Shown here: piece after piece, positions 49,230-57,894 of the stretch
How positions within the stretch are numbered: the first letter of the stretch is position 1
How the letters are laid out: the number at the start of each line of letters is the position of its first letter
From: Candidatus Dojkabacteria bacterium
GTDB taxonomy: Bacteria > Patescibacteriota > Dojkabacteria > SC72
Assembly (NCBI GenBank): GCA_050950145.1
Contig: JBMNHB010000001.1
Location: forward strand, 684,820 to 748,819
Direction: 5' to 3'
Length of the DNA stretch: 64,000 bases
The notes under the pieces: model-generated
Database searches by the model: none
The model's input: only the letters and a program-made list of their open reading frames with translations
What the model was told of the DNA's origin: nothing
Made by a program: the position numbers and the translations under genes

Positions 49230-49556
49230 TTAATCAAGCCCTAAAACCTCCAAAACAAATATTATTAGTATTCTAGCAATAAAAACTATTACCATCCCCA
49301 TAATTGCAGCTACTATACCTTTTTGACCTTTCTGAATTTTATCGGGTTCTCCCACAGAGGTTATCAAAGTATATCCAGAATAAATTATTATAGCCACAGC
49401 CACAACAACAGAAAAGATTACTATTCCATCTAAAATGGGTTTAACTGTCTTCTCCATCACACTATCCATGTTATAGTCACCACCTCCAAGTTTTCCTATC
49501 CCAAATTGAAAATACTTTGACAAGTCCCTGTATCTTTCAGTATCAACTCCTTCCAT
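49230..49556 (-). CDS. VirB2/TrbC-like pilin paralogue 4
   Basis: Conserved block SGYTLITSVGEPDKIQKGQKGIVAAIMGM between two hydrophobic segments. Confidence 0.5.
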   Translation of the reverse strand: MEGVDTERYRDLSKYFQFGIGKLGGGDYNMDSVMEKTVKPILDGIVIFSVVVAVAIIIYSGYTLITSVGEPDKIQKGQKGIVAAIMGMVIVFIARILIIFVLEVLGLD

Positions 49557-49578
49557 ATTTTTATATTATTAAATAATA

Positions 49579-49938
49579 TTACCTTTTAAAAATCTCACCA
49601 TCTCCAACATCACCTATTGTCCCACTTATTATGAGGAGAATAACAATAGACAAAACTACAACTAAAAGGCCAATAATTGCATTTGTAATTAAGGATCTTG
49701 CCTCTTGTAATTTCTCCGGATTTCCTTGACTCGAAATTAGTAAATAACCACCGTAGGACAATAAAATAAATGCCGCTATTACAGCAACTGGTATAGAGAT
49801 TTTTACTATCTTACCAACTAAAACATCAATATCCGTATCAGGCTGAACCTCTAGCTCACTATCTAAGGTGTCACCTAAACTACTAGCATACACTTTTTGC
49901 ACCAAAAAGTTATTTATTCTTAAAAAAATATCCATCAT
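49579..49938 (-). CDS. VirB2/TrbC-like pilin paralogue 5
   Basis: Signal-like N-terminus (...KVYA|SSL). Conserved block GGYLLISSQGNPEKLQEARSLITNAIIGL. Confidence 0.55.
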   Translation of the reverse strand: MMDIFLRINNFLVQKVYASSLGDTLDSELEVQPDTDIDVLVGKIVKISIPVAVIAAFILLSYGGYLLISSQGNPEKLQEARSLITNAIIGLLVVVLSIVILLIISGTIGDVGDGEIFKR

Positions 49939-49950
49939 CTAGCCATTATA

Positions 49951-52900
49951 CTATAAATCAGCATACTCACAAATAGAGTTAAAATCACAGAAACGACAAC
50001 TAAACCCTGGAGCTGCTCTAAAATCAGCTTTTTTAATACTTTCCAAGGATGAAAGAAGCTTTTCTTTAGCCTCTTCTCTTCTCTCTTGAGAGACATTCAC
50101 ATCAACAACGCTACCTGTTTCAACAAATACATACTTAGCTCCAACAACCTTTAAACCAAATTTTTCTTCAGTAACAAGAGCATACAGTGGTAATTGCAAA
50201 TCCTTCTTTATCTCACTAGCATCTTTCTCTGATCCTGTTTTGTAATCAACAATACAGACTTCCTTTACACCATCTTTCTCTCCTACCAAATCTATCCTAT
50301 CTATCTTCCCACTAAACACAACATCACCAAGATGCACACCGAAAGACTCCTCTAATCTAAGAGGATTTTCATCTGAAGAGTAAATCTTTTCAAAATATGT
50401 TTCCATTATTCCTTCCCCTTCTTTCTTTCTAATCTCCTCCTGTTTCTTACTCTCATATCCACTCTTTATCCAATTTTTCTCGTACAAATCTAAAAGATCT
50501 TTCTTGTCAGGAGCATCTATCATCCCACCAAGACCCTCTTTTGACCTCTGAAGTAAAGTGTAGAAATCCTTAAGCGTATTATGTACTGTAGTACCAAAAG
50601 CAGTTGCAGCATTACCTTTCGTAGGAATCCTTAGTACATATGCATACTCATACTTTCTAGGACAGCTCTCATATACATTAAGTTGTGAATAACTAAATCT
50701 TTTTACAATATTCATAATTTCTGTTTGGGGAATAATTGACTCACCTACCCCCTGTGCTAAAGTTAAATGAATACCATCATCAGTAAAATCATCAACCTCT
50801 GCTCTTTGCTTAAAATCGTCATCAACATCCCGATCAAGAACTTCATAAAGGAAAATACTCGGTTTCTTCTTTCTTTTAGCATCTCCATAGAAATTAGATG
50901 CTGTAAGATAAAGTTTCTCTTTTGCACGAGTTGCACCAACATAGAAAAGCCTCCTCTCCTCTTGAAGATTTGCCTCTTTCTCTGTTAATTCTTCTGCTAC
51001 TATCTCTTTTACCAACTCTTCCGGTATTGGAATAGCATCTCTCCTTGACCTAGTTGGGAATCTATCTGCAACAAGATTAACTAAGAATACAACAGGAAAT
51101 TCTAATCCTTTTGCAGAGTGTACTGTCATAATATTCACAGCATTCAACTCATCCATATCTGTCAGATCCACTAAAGGAGAATCTCCAATCTGAATACTAT
51201 AGTTAAGATAATCCACATACTCATATATATTAGAATCTGGATTCTCTTTCTCGTAACTTTTTACTAAATCAAAGAATTTATTAATATTCGCAACAGCAAA
51301 AAGACTCTCTGCACTATCCTCTTCCAAAAAAGTATTAATATATCCACTATTCATCACAAAGTCATACAGTATCTCAACTAAACTTCTACTATCTTTTATC
51401 TTTTTCATACTAGCATCTAAAAGCATCAGAAGTGTACTAATACCCGCTATTGCTTGAGGTGAAAGTATCTTATCCATAATCTCACTATCTACATGCTTAA
51501 AGTCTTCCTCTTTGTAATCCTCCCCTCCTACCTTTATATTCCACTCACCTTCTAAAATCTCCAAAACTGTTACTTTCTCCTCTCTTGCTAACTGTACTAA
51601 GTCCATATATTCCCTAGGTGAAAAATTCCATACAGGCATGGTTAGAAGTTTGTACATTGAAACTTCATCTGTGTAGTCTACTAAAACCCTAAGAAATGCA
51701 ATAATATCCTTAATTTCATCTCTAAAATACAGCCCCCTTGCACCACCAAGTTTGTATCTAATACCCTTGTTTCTTAATTCTTGAACAAAAATATCTGCAT
51801 TTGCATTAGCTCTTACCAAGATTGCAATATCAGAAAACTTGTACTTAGCTTCCTTACCTGGATCCTGACTATCAAGAAATGTTGACTGCCCCTTCTCATC
51901 ATATGTCTGACTATCCTTATCCTCACTCTGTTTTACTAACTCCCCATACCCTGTTAGTTTCATAATCTCCTCAGCAACTCTTTCAGCCTCACCGGTTTCC
52001 CTTTGAGAAACCATAAGGTTAAGAGCATCCTCATCTTCATCAAAAATCCCTCTTGCAATCAACCTTTTATCTATCTTCTCTGTCACCTCTAACCTATACG
52101 GATCATTATGCCTAATTAGTGTATGTGCAGCATCTAAAATCTCCTGTTTTGAACGATAGTTTTCAGTAAGAACAACCTCATGTGCTTTTGGATATTTCTC
52201 CTTAAATTGAAGAATATTTGAGATTGCTGCTCCCCTAAATTTGTAAATTGCCTGATCATCATCACCAACTACTGTTAAAAGTGGTCCATCTTTCTCACCT
52301 TTTAATATATTAACCAATACATTCTGTGTATAGTTAGTATCCTGAAATTCATCTACAAGAATATATTTAAACTTCTTTCTGTATTTTTCTAAAACATTTT
52401 TCTTCTCTCTAAAAAGTTTAATTGAAAGAAGTATTAAATCTCCAAAGTCCACTCTAGATTTCTCAATCTTAAGTTCTGAATACTTTTTGTATGCTTGAGC
52501 TAATTCATTTGTTTTTACATATTCCTCTTTCTCTGCTGAAGTACCCTTAGGTAAAGACTCTGCATATTTAATATATTCCTCAGGAGAGACATCTTCGTCC
52601 TGTAATCTTCCTACATGTTTAAGGAAATCATTAAGGAATTTTGTAGGATTTCCTCTTGGTAGAAGAGTCTTAAATGACATATCATACAGGTATCTTCTTA
52701 GAAAAATGTATGCCTGTGCAGTGCTAAGTAGTGAATAGTTACCATCTAAACCAATATTGTAACCATCTTCTCGTAATATATGATCACAAAAAGAATGAAA
52801 TGTAGAGATATATGGTTCATCATATCCATACTCCATTCTTTCATCTATTCTTGTTTGCATCTCTTGAGCAGCTTTTTCTGTAAATGTTAAAGCCAATATC

Positions 52901-53070
52901 TCAGATGGTTTAGCCCAACCACTATTGATAATATGTATGATTCTCTCTGTGATAACTGAGGTTTTACCTGTACCTGCACCAGCAATAATGAGTAGATCCC
53001 CTTTGTTAAACTCTACAGCTTCTTTCTGTTTTTCATTTAGATTAATCTGCCCCATTATTTTGCAGAACAA
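49951..53070 (-). CDS. UvrD/PcrA-like superfamily-1 helicase fused to a C-terminal PD-(D/E)xK (RecB/Cas4-like) nuclease domain (AddA-like)
   Basis: Walker A IIAGAGTGKTSV and UvrD-type motifs (VDEFQDTN, VGDDDQAIY). The C-terminus has IDRIDLVGEKDGVKEVCIVDYKTG and a terminal cysteine cluster CRFCDFNSIC. Confidence 0.85.
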   Translation of the reverse strand: MFCKIMGQINLNEKQKEAVEFNKGDLLIIAGAGTGKTSVITERIIHIINSGWAKPSEILALTFTEKAAQEMQTRIDERMEYGYDEPYISTFHSFCDHILREDGYNIGLDGNYSLLSTAQAYIFLRRYLYDMSFKTLLPRGNPTKFLNDFLKHVGRLQDEDVSPEEYIKYAESLPKGTSAEKEEYVKTNELAQAYKKYSELKIEKSRVDFGDLILLSIKLFREKKNVLEKYRKKFKYILVDEFQDTNYTQNVLVNILKGEKDGPLLTVVGDDDQAIYKFRGAAISNILQFKEKYPKAHEVVLTENYRSKQEILDAAHTLIRHNDPYRLEVTEKIDKRLIARGIFDEDEDALNLMVSQRETGEAERVAEEIMKLTGYGELVKQSEDKDSQTYDEKGQSTFLDSQDPGKEAKYKFSDIAILVRANANADIFVQELRNKGIRYKLGGARGLYFRDEIKDIIAFLRVLVDYTDEVSMYKLLTMPVWNFSPREYMDLVQLAREEKVTVLEILEGEWNIKVGGEDYKEEDFKHVDSEIMDKILSPQAIAGISTLLMLLDASMKKIKDSRSLVEILYDFVMNSGYINTFLEEDSAESLFAVANINKFFDLVKSYEKENPDSNIYEYVDYLNYSIQIGDSPLVDLTDMDELNAVNIMTVHSAKGLEFPVVFLVNLVADRFPTRSRRDAIPIPEELVKEIVAEELTEKEANLQEERRLFYVGATRAKEKLYLTASNFYGDAKRKKKPSIFLYEVLDRDVDDDFKQRAEVDDFTDDGIHLTLAQGVGESIIPQTEIMNIVKRFSYSQLNVYESCPRKYEYAYVLRIPTKGNAATAFGTTVHNTLKDFYTLLQRSKEGLGGMIDAPDKKDLLDLYEKNWIKSGYESKKQEEIRKKEGEGIMETYFEKIYSSDENPLRLEESFGVHLGDVVFSGKIDRIDLVGEKDGVKEVCIVDYKTGSEKDASEIKKDLQLPLYALVTEEKFGLKVVGAKYVFVETGSVVDVNVSQERREEAKEKLLSSLESIKKADFRAAPGFSCRFCDFNSICEYADL

Positions 53071-53215
53071 AGTAAGATAACAACATATATGATAACTCCA
53101 AGAACTATTGCAATACCTAGAAGTGCAAATATTTTTGGATTAGGTAATTTATCTACAAATCTTTGTATCTTTTTGTTTTTTAGAATACTCATATATATGT
53201 ATATATTAGATTAAA

Positions 53216-54085
53216 TTAAGATGCTAACTTCTTTAATATCTCTACCTCTGCAGGAATTGTTGCATCACTCTTTAATGCAGGTGTTTCTAAAATGAAAGGA
53301 ATATTTTTAAATTTAGGTTCATGAAGAATATTTGAAATTGTTTTTTCTCCTAACTTACCTTTACCTAAATTAGCATGTCTATCCTTATTACTACCACACT
53401 CCACCATTGAGTCATTAAGGTGTATTGATTTGACATTTTCTATACCCACCACCCTATCCATTTCCTCCACAACACCAGCCTTATCATTCACCCAATCATA
53501 CCCACTAGCAAATGTGTGTTGGGTATCAACTACAAAGCCAACTCTCTTACTATCCTTTACTCCCTCTCTTATTAATTTTAACTCAGTAAAGTTTCTTCCA
53601 AGATTACCTCCAGTACCAGCTGTTGTTTCTATCAGTAATTTCTGAGTACCTTTTACCTCGTCCAGAACCCACTGTATTCCGTATGATATTCTTTCCAAAC
53701 TATCTTCGTATGATAATTCTTTCTGAGATCCAGGATGAAAACATACTCCTAATACTTCACTATCTATCTTCCTCTCTTTAATACCTTTTGCTACCTTCTC
53801 TGCAAAATCTAAATATACTACTAAACCCATTTTACCCAAATGAAACAATTTTTTGTCTTCCCTTGCTAGATTAGTTAGATATATTCCATGTATTAATATC
53901 TTCTTTATACTAGATTTCTCTAATTCATCTAAAAATGCATTAATATCTTCATCAGGAATTAACTTAGTAGCCCACCTCATCGGTGTTGTAGGCATCATCT
54001 GAATACTATTTACCCCATACTTTTCACCATTCTTTATTGAATTTTCTATCCCACCAGAGGAGGATACATGAATACCTAGATACAT
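53216..54085 (-). CDS. nfo: Endonuclease IV (apurinic/apyrimidinic endonuclease, TIM-barrel)
   Basis: MYLGIHVSSSGG ... HLNDSMVECGSNKDRHANLGKGKLG are conserved Nfo metal-binding blocks. Confidence 0.85.
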   Translation of the reverse strand: MYLGIHVSSSGGIENSIKNGEKYGVNSIQMMPTTPMRWATKLIPDEDINAFLDELEKSSIKKILIHGIYLTNLAREDKKLFHLGKMGLVVYLDFAEKVAKGIKERKIDSEVLGVCFHPGSQKELSYEDSLERISYGIQWVLDEVKGTQKLLIETTAGTGGNLGRNFTELKLIREGVKDSKRVGFVVDTQHTFASGYDWVNDKAGVVEEMDRVVGIENVKSIHLNDSMVECGSNKDRHANLGKGKLGEKTISNILHEPKFKNIPFILETPALKSDATIPAEVEILKKLAS

Positions 54086-54194
54086 GTGTATATTTTAACA
54101 TATATCACCTATACAAACCTGGTCTGTACATTTATCCTTACCACCAGAGAACAAACCAATCGTTTTTAAGGTTTTTTAATCTTGCTATGGGTAC

Positions 54195-54215
54195 TTGACA
54201 CGAATGTGATATAAT
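54195..54215 (+). promoter_or_regulatory. Putative promoter with an extended -10 element (TGATATAAT) driving the downstream structured RNA
   Basis: TTGACA at 54195-54200 and TGaTATAAT at 54207-54215. The -35 spacing of 9 nt is non-canonical, so the extended -10 is the main evidence. Confidence 0.35.
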
Positions 54216-54221
54216 CGAATG

Positions 54222-54338
54222 TAGGCTGGTTGAGAGATGGGGAAGCTCTCCTGGTTATCTTGTATAACCTGCGATGTTGATTCATCTTAGGGATATAATC
54301 CTGATTACGGTTCAAGTCCGACAGCCTACACAACGAAA
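54222..54338 (+). ncRNA. Unassigned structured small RNA of about 115-125 nt. It has an 8-bp stem between its 5' and 3' ends and a tRNA-like T-arm.
   Basis: 5' GTAGGCTG pairs with 3' CAGCCTAC. The T-arm-like element is CGG-TTCAAGT-CCG. Internal hairpins are GAGAG..CTCTC, GGTTAT..ATAACC and GATG..CATC. It does not fold into a canonical cloverleaf. Confidence 0.3.
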
Positions 54339-54364
54339 CACAATAGAGACAACCCTATAGCGTG

Positions 54365-54394
54365 TTGACTTTTCCGAGCAAACAAAGGTATAAT
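54365..54394 (+). promoter_or_regulatory. Sigma70-type promoter (TTGACT, 18-nt spacer, TATAAT) for the small ORF at 54453
   Basis: TTGACT at 54365-54370 and TATAAT at 54389-54394. A strong Shine-Dalgarno AAGGAG lies 8 nt before the ATG. Confidence 0.5.
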
Positions 54395-54452
54395 GCATTG
54401 TTCTTGAACAGATTAGAAAAATCCTAGTGCATATAAAAAAGGAGAATGTAAT

Positions 54453-54668
54453 ATGGCAGGTCCAAAGGATAAATACTCACGAAAAGACTCAAAAGGCAGT
54501 GAAGTTTCTGGTGGTCCAGTACGCAGACATATTCACGAAAGAACATACGACGACGGTTCAAAGCACACCACCGAATCTGTAACTCGAGAATCCAGCAGTT
54601 GGAGAATGTCTTGGGATACAGACAAAGATGGTAAAGATTCCAATTTTCACGCGAACAAGAACAAGTAA
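54453..54668 (+). CDS. Small, highly hydrophilic (probably disordered) protein of 71 aa. It may be stress-associated.
   Basis: It has its own promoter and a strong ribosome-binding site. The composition is rich in K/D/S/G/T/E/R. Confidence 0.5.
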   Translation: MAGPKDKYSRKDSKGSEVSGGPVRRHIHERTYDDGSKHTTESVTRESSSWRMSWDTDKDGKDSNFHANKNK

Positions 54669-54696
54669 AACAAAACTAGGATTTTCTAATCACTCA

Positions 54697-54752
54697 AAGA
54701 TGCGAAGGAGATTACCCTCTTTCTGAGAAAAGTAACCTCCTTCGCTATCATC
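54697..54752 (+). terminator. Long imperfect hairpin (GCGAAGGAGATTAC ... GTAACCTCCTTCGC) downstream of the small ORF. It may act as a terminator.
   Basis: About 14-bp stem with one mismatch. There is no clear U-tract. Confidence 0.3.
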
Positions 54753-54861
54753 CCTTGGTATCGTTAGATTATTGTTATCGAAGACTTTTACAATTTGCTG
54801 TATTATCAAGTTTTCTGCAAACATTTGGATAACATTGTTTTTATATAATGGGATGTTAGTA

Positions 54862-54898
54862 TTGACACTTCGTCATAATTATGTCACAATTATGACAT
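54862..54898 (+). promoter_or_regulatory. Toxin-antitoxin promoter and operator. A -35 TTGACA overlaps a near-palindrome GTCATAATTATGTCACAATTATGAC.
   Basis: The 25-bp sequence is its own reverse complement except at 3 positions. It lies immediately upstream of the Phd/YefM gene. Confidence 0.5.
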
Positions 54899-54920
54899 AC
54901 CTAACTTAAGTAAAAAACAT

Positions 54921-55175
54921 ATGGAAATTAAACCAATATCATATCTAAGAAATACACAAGAATTAACAAAGCTATGTGATAAAGGTGAAGCAGTATACCT
55001 AACTAAGAATGGACATAAAGCCTTAACTATTCTTAGTTCTGAGAAATATGACAAGATATTAGCAGAGTTAGATTTTCATAAAAAGATGATGGAAGCTAGT
55101 GAAGATGTAATAGCAGGACGAGTCTATAACCTTGAAGATGTAATTTCTGAACTTAATAAAAAATATGGCTTCTAA
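54921..55175 (+). CDS. Type II antitoxin of the Phd/YefM family
   Basis: 84 aa. N-terminal ISYLRNTQELTKLCDKGEAVYLTKNGHKALTILS fits the Phd/YefM fold. It overlaps the downstream toxin gene by 11 nt. Confidence 0.7.
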   Translation: MEIKPISYLRNTQELTKLCDKGEAVYLTKNGHKALTILSSEKYDKILAELDFHKKMMEASEDVIAGRVYNLEDVISELNKKYGF

Positions 55176-55473
55176 ATATTTAGTCACACTAACAGAAAAA
55201 GCATTTATTGATCTAGACAGTATTTATTCATACATACTAGAAACCTCTCAATCCAAAAGAACTAGAGATATGGTAAAAATGGAAATAGAGAAGACATTAA
55301 GATCTTTAACTATATTTCCTAAACGAAACCCACTATTATTAAAAAATCCTCACTTTAGAAAAGCAAAAGTATATTCATACTCAATTGTATATAAGGTAAT
55401 CAAGAAAGAAAAAACTGTCATAGTCTGGAGAATCCTTTCTGATTATACAGATTGGGATAATAGCATAGCATAA
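55165..55473 (+). CDS. Type II toxin of the RelE/ParE superfamily
   Basis: 102 aa. ...YSYSIVYKVIKKEKTVIVWRILS fits the RelE/ParE beta-sheet core. It is the second gene of a two-gene toxin-antitoxin operon. Confidence 0.65.
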   Translation: MASKYLVTLTEKAFIDLDSIYSYILETSQSKRTRDMVKMEIEKTLRSLTIFPKRNPLLLKNPHFRKAKVYSYSIVYKVIKKEKTVIVWRILSDYTDWDNSIA

Positions 55474-55507
55474 AAACCTAATATAAAGTATAATTACCAA
55501 GTATTAT

Positions 55508-55599
<92 letters not shown>

Positions 55600-55613
55600 G
55601 TTAGAGACTTTCG

Positions 55614-55895
55614 TTACTCTTTCTCCTCTATCTCAATAGCACAACCATCTACCAATGATTTACTAATTTTTTGATAAGCACTGTTTAAGATCCGACTAAA
55701 AGTCGGTTGTGATACACCCAATTGTTGAGCAGCAGAAATCTGATCAAGTCCATCAATATGATAAAGCTTTAATACTTCTATCTCCTCTGCTAACAATTCA
55801 ACTGTCTCCAATTCTCGTAGTGGTACCCCTTGAGGTTTGAAATAGTAGGTTCTTAGACGAGAACGTAAATTGCGACGATGTCTAGGTCTAGCCAT
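55614..55895 (-). CDS. DUF134-family predicted DNA-binding protein (sigma-70 region-4-like HTH)
   Basis: MARPRHRRNLRSRLRTYYFKPQG... and the HTH LDQISAAQQLGVSQPTFSRIL. Confidence 0.7.
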   Translation of the reverse strand: MARPRHRRNLRSRLRTYYFKPQGVPLRELETVELLAEEIEVLKLYHIDGLDQISAAQQLGVSQPTFSRILNSAYQKISKSLVDGCAIEIEEKE

Positions 55896-55900
55896 AACGA

Positions 55901-56128
55901 TTAAGAGTTATTATCTATTTGACGATTATTAAATCTTCTTCCACCACCTCTTCTTCTACCAATACGTAACCTTAAACAATTTAGACGATTCCGTAAACCA
56001 GTACCAAGATTTCCTCGAACTGATAAAGAATCTTTACTACCATTATCTGATGATTTCTGACAATCTCCTCGTCCTAAACCTGTTTTTGGACCCTCACCTC
56101 GTGGTCCAGTTTTATCAAAATTAGGCAT
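55901..56128 (-). CDS. Small Gly/Arg-rich protein, DUF5320-like, the usual partner of DUF134
   Basis: MPNFDKTGPRGEGPKTGLGRGDC follows the MP-x-F/GDGTGP-x-G-x-GP-x-TGRG-x-G-x-C pattern. Confidence 0.5.
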   Translation of the reverse strand: MPNFDKTGPRGEGPKTGLGRGDCQKSSDNGSKDSLSVRGNLGTGLRNRLNCLRLRIGRRRGGGRRFNNRQIDNNS

Positions 56129-56339
56129 ATTAACCTCCTTTCTTATTTAATTATGAATATGTATTCATATTAACACAGGTAAAAGGCACTGTCAAGAACT
56201 AGAGAATAAACAAAAATTGAAAAATAACTACTCCAAACAACAATCTACAGCATTTTTAACTACATCCCCTATCTTACTCCAAAAGTCACTCTTCTTTTCT
56301 TTCTTTATCTCTTTTTTCTTTTTTACGACCTTATTCATA

Positions 56340-56798
56340 TTAAGCCCCCTTTGTTTCTAGGTTAATAACACCCATATTCAATGCCCAGAATAACGAGTAA
56401 AGATTGTAAGCCTTCTCAAAAACTTCTTCAGCCTCTTTCTTCTTACCCCTACCCAAACACTTTGTACCATATTCCATTAATCTATAACTTGCCGCTAACA
56501 AATGTTTAGAAATACACCATACCTCACCATCGTATTCTTTGATTATTTTCTTTAACAAGCCTTTTCTCATCTCTCTTACCTCATCTAATAATTCATAATA
56601 CTTACTATTCCCTGTCTTACCACCACTAAAGAACAGATGCTCTTCAATAGAAATTAAATTCATAATTGCAATAGACAAATCTTGATCAGCAGAGAGGTCT
56701 AATTTCTCATCTTTCTTAAGAGCATCATACTTCTGCACCAATTTATTAATATCCTCTTCTGTTACTTTTTTACCTTTTGACATACATACAAAAATCAA
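56340..56798 (-). CDS. Hypothetical protein (152 aa)
   Basis: ORF in operon context. No motif recognised. Confidence 0.4.
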   Translation of the reverse strand: MIFVCMSKGKKVTEEDINKLVQKYDALKKDEKLDLSADQDLSIAIMNLISIEEHLFFSGGKTGNSKYYELLDEVREMRKGLLKKIIKEYDGEVWCISKHLLAASYRLMEYGTKCLGRGKKKEAEEVFEKAYNLYSLFWALNMGVINLETKGA

Positions 56799-56805
56799 AT
56801 TAAGT

Positions 56806-57825
56806 TCAATAGTATACTATTAAATACAATATTATTGTAGTTAACCACAAAGCTCCCACAGGAAGTATTACTTTTTGATAAGGAATATATCCTTTCTCCC
56901 TGTTCAGTCTCTTAAGAAAAAAATGTAACCTCCCTGCAGTAAAAAACACAATACTACCAAGTATAATCCCAAATACCACCTTATCTATCCCCATCATTGT
57001 ATTAAATGGATGACCAATGATACCTGTAAATTTTAATGGAACTAATACTAAGGCATACATTAAAATAGCAACACCTAAAGCTAACCACTTTTTACTCTCC
57101 TTTTTTACTACCTTTTTCCCTTTCAACCATTCAAATAACCACATACTACTTGAAACTAATAAACCTCCAATCCAAAGACCAACAATTACATCATCAATTC
57201 CTAAAGATCTAGACACACCTACCCCCGCACCAACAGCAACTGTACAAAGAGGACATATAGCATATGCCTTTGATGTAAAAATTAAAGGAGAAAGTAAGAA
57301 AAATACTGTTGCAATCTTTTTTCCTCCTCTTCTTTTCTTTTCTCCTTTTTTTGAATCTCGTCTATAATACCCAAAAAGAAGAGTTGTAACTAAGAAGATA
57401 AAAATAATTACAATCATTTTCTCTGTATTAGCCTTCCCCTTTGAAAAATCAATTTCCTCAATAGCCTCTACCTCCCCCTCACTCTCTTCAATTATTCCCC
57501 TTAACTTTTCCATTATTGAATTAACACCTTTGTAACACTTCTTATCTACAAAGAGTAATGGAATACCTGCTCTCTCAGGATTAATATTACACTGAGTTAT
57601 CTTTTCTTTAAACAAGGATATGTTCTCTTGCTCCTTTTGAATCTCTATTTCAACAATATTAATCTTCTCACTTAATTTCTCAGCAGAAATTTTATCTCTT
57701 ACCGTGTGACAATATGGACAATTTTCTCCCCAAAAAAGTATTATCTCTTCCTGAGCAAAAGACAACCTAGGAAAAAGAAGTAAGAAAAAAAACAAGAAAA
57801 ATGTGTAAGAAAGTAATTTTTTCAA
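56806..57825 (-). CDS. Membrane protein with an N-terminal thioredoxin/glutaredoxin-like CxxC domain and a polytopic C-terminal domain that also carries a CxxC motif. It is a putative thiol-disulfide oxidoreductase.
   Basis: Signal peptide, then FWGENCPYCHTV (thioredoxin-fold CxxC). Transmembrane region with AYAICPLCTVAVGAG. Confidence 0.5.
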   Translation of the reverse strand: MKKLLSYTFFLFFFLLLFPRLSFAQEEIILFWGENCPYCHTVRDKISAEKLSEKINIVEIEIQKEQENISLFKEKITQCNINPERAGIPLLFVDKKCYKGVNSIMEKLRGIIEESEGEVEAIEEIDFSKGKANTEKMIVIIFIFLVTTLLFGYYRRDSKKGEKKRRGGKKIATVFFLLSPLIFTSKAYAICPLCTVAVGAGVGVSRSLGIDDVIVGLWIGGLLVSSSMWLFEWLKGKKVVKKESKKWLALGVAILMYALVLVPLKFTGIIGHPFNTMMGIDKVVFGIILGSIVFFTAGRLHFFLKRLNREKGYIPYQKVILPVGALWLTTIILYLIVYY

Positions 57826-57894
57826 AATATTGCTTAAGTAAAATGTAAAATGCAGTGTAATTCTACACCATTTTATTGAATATTTCTTCTATGT

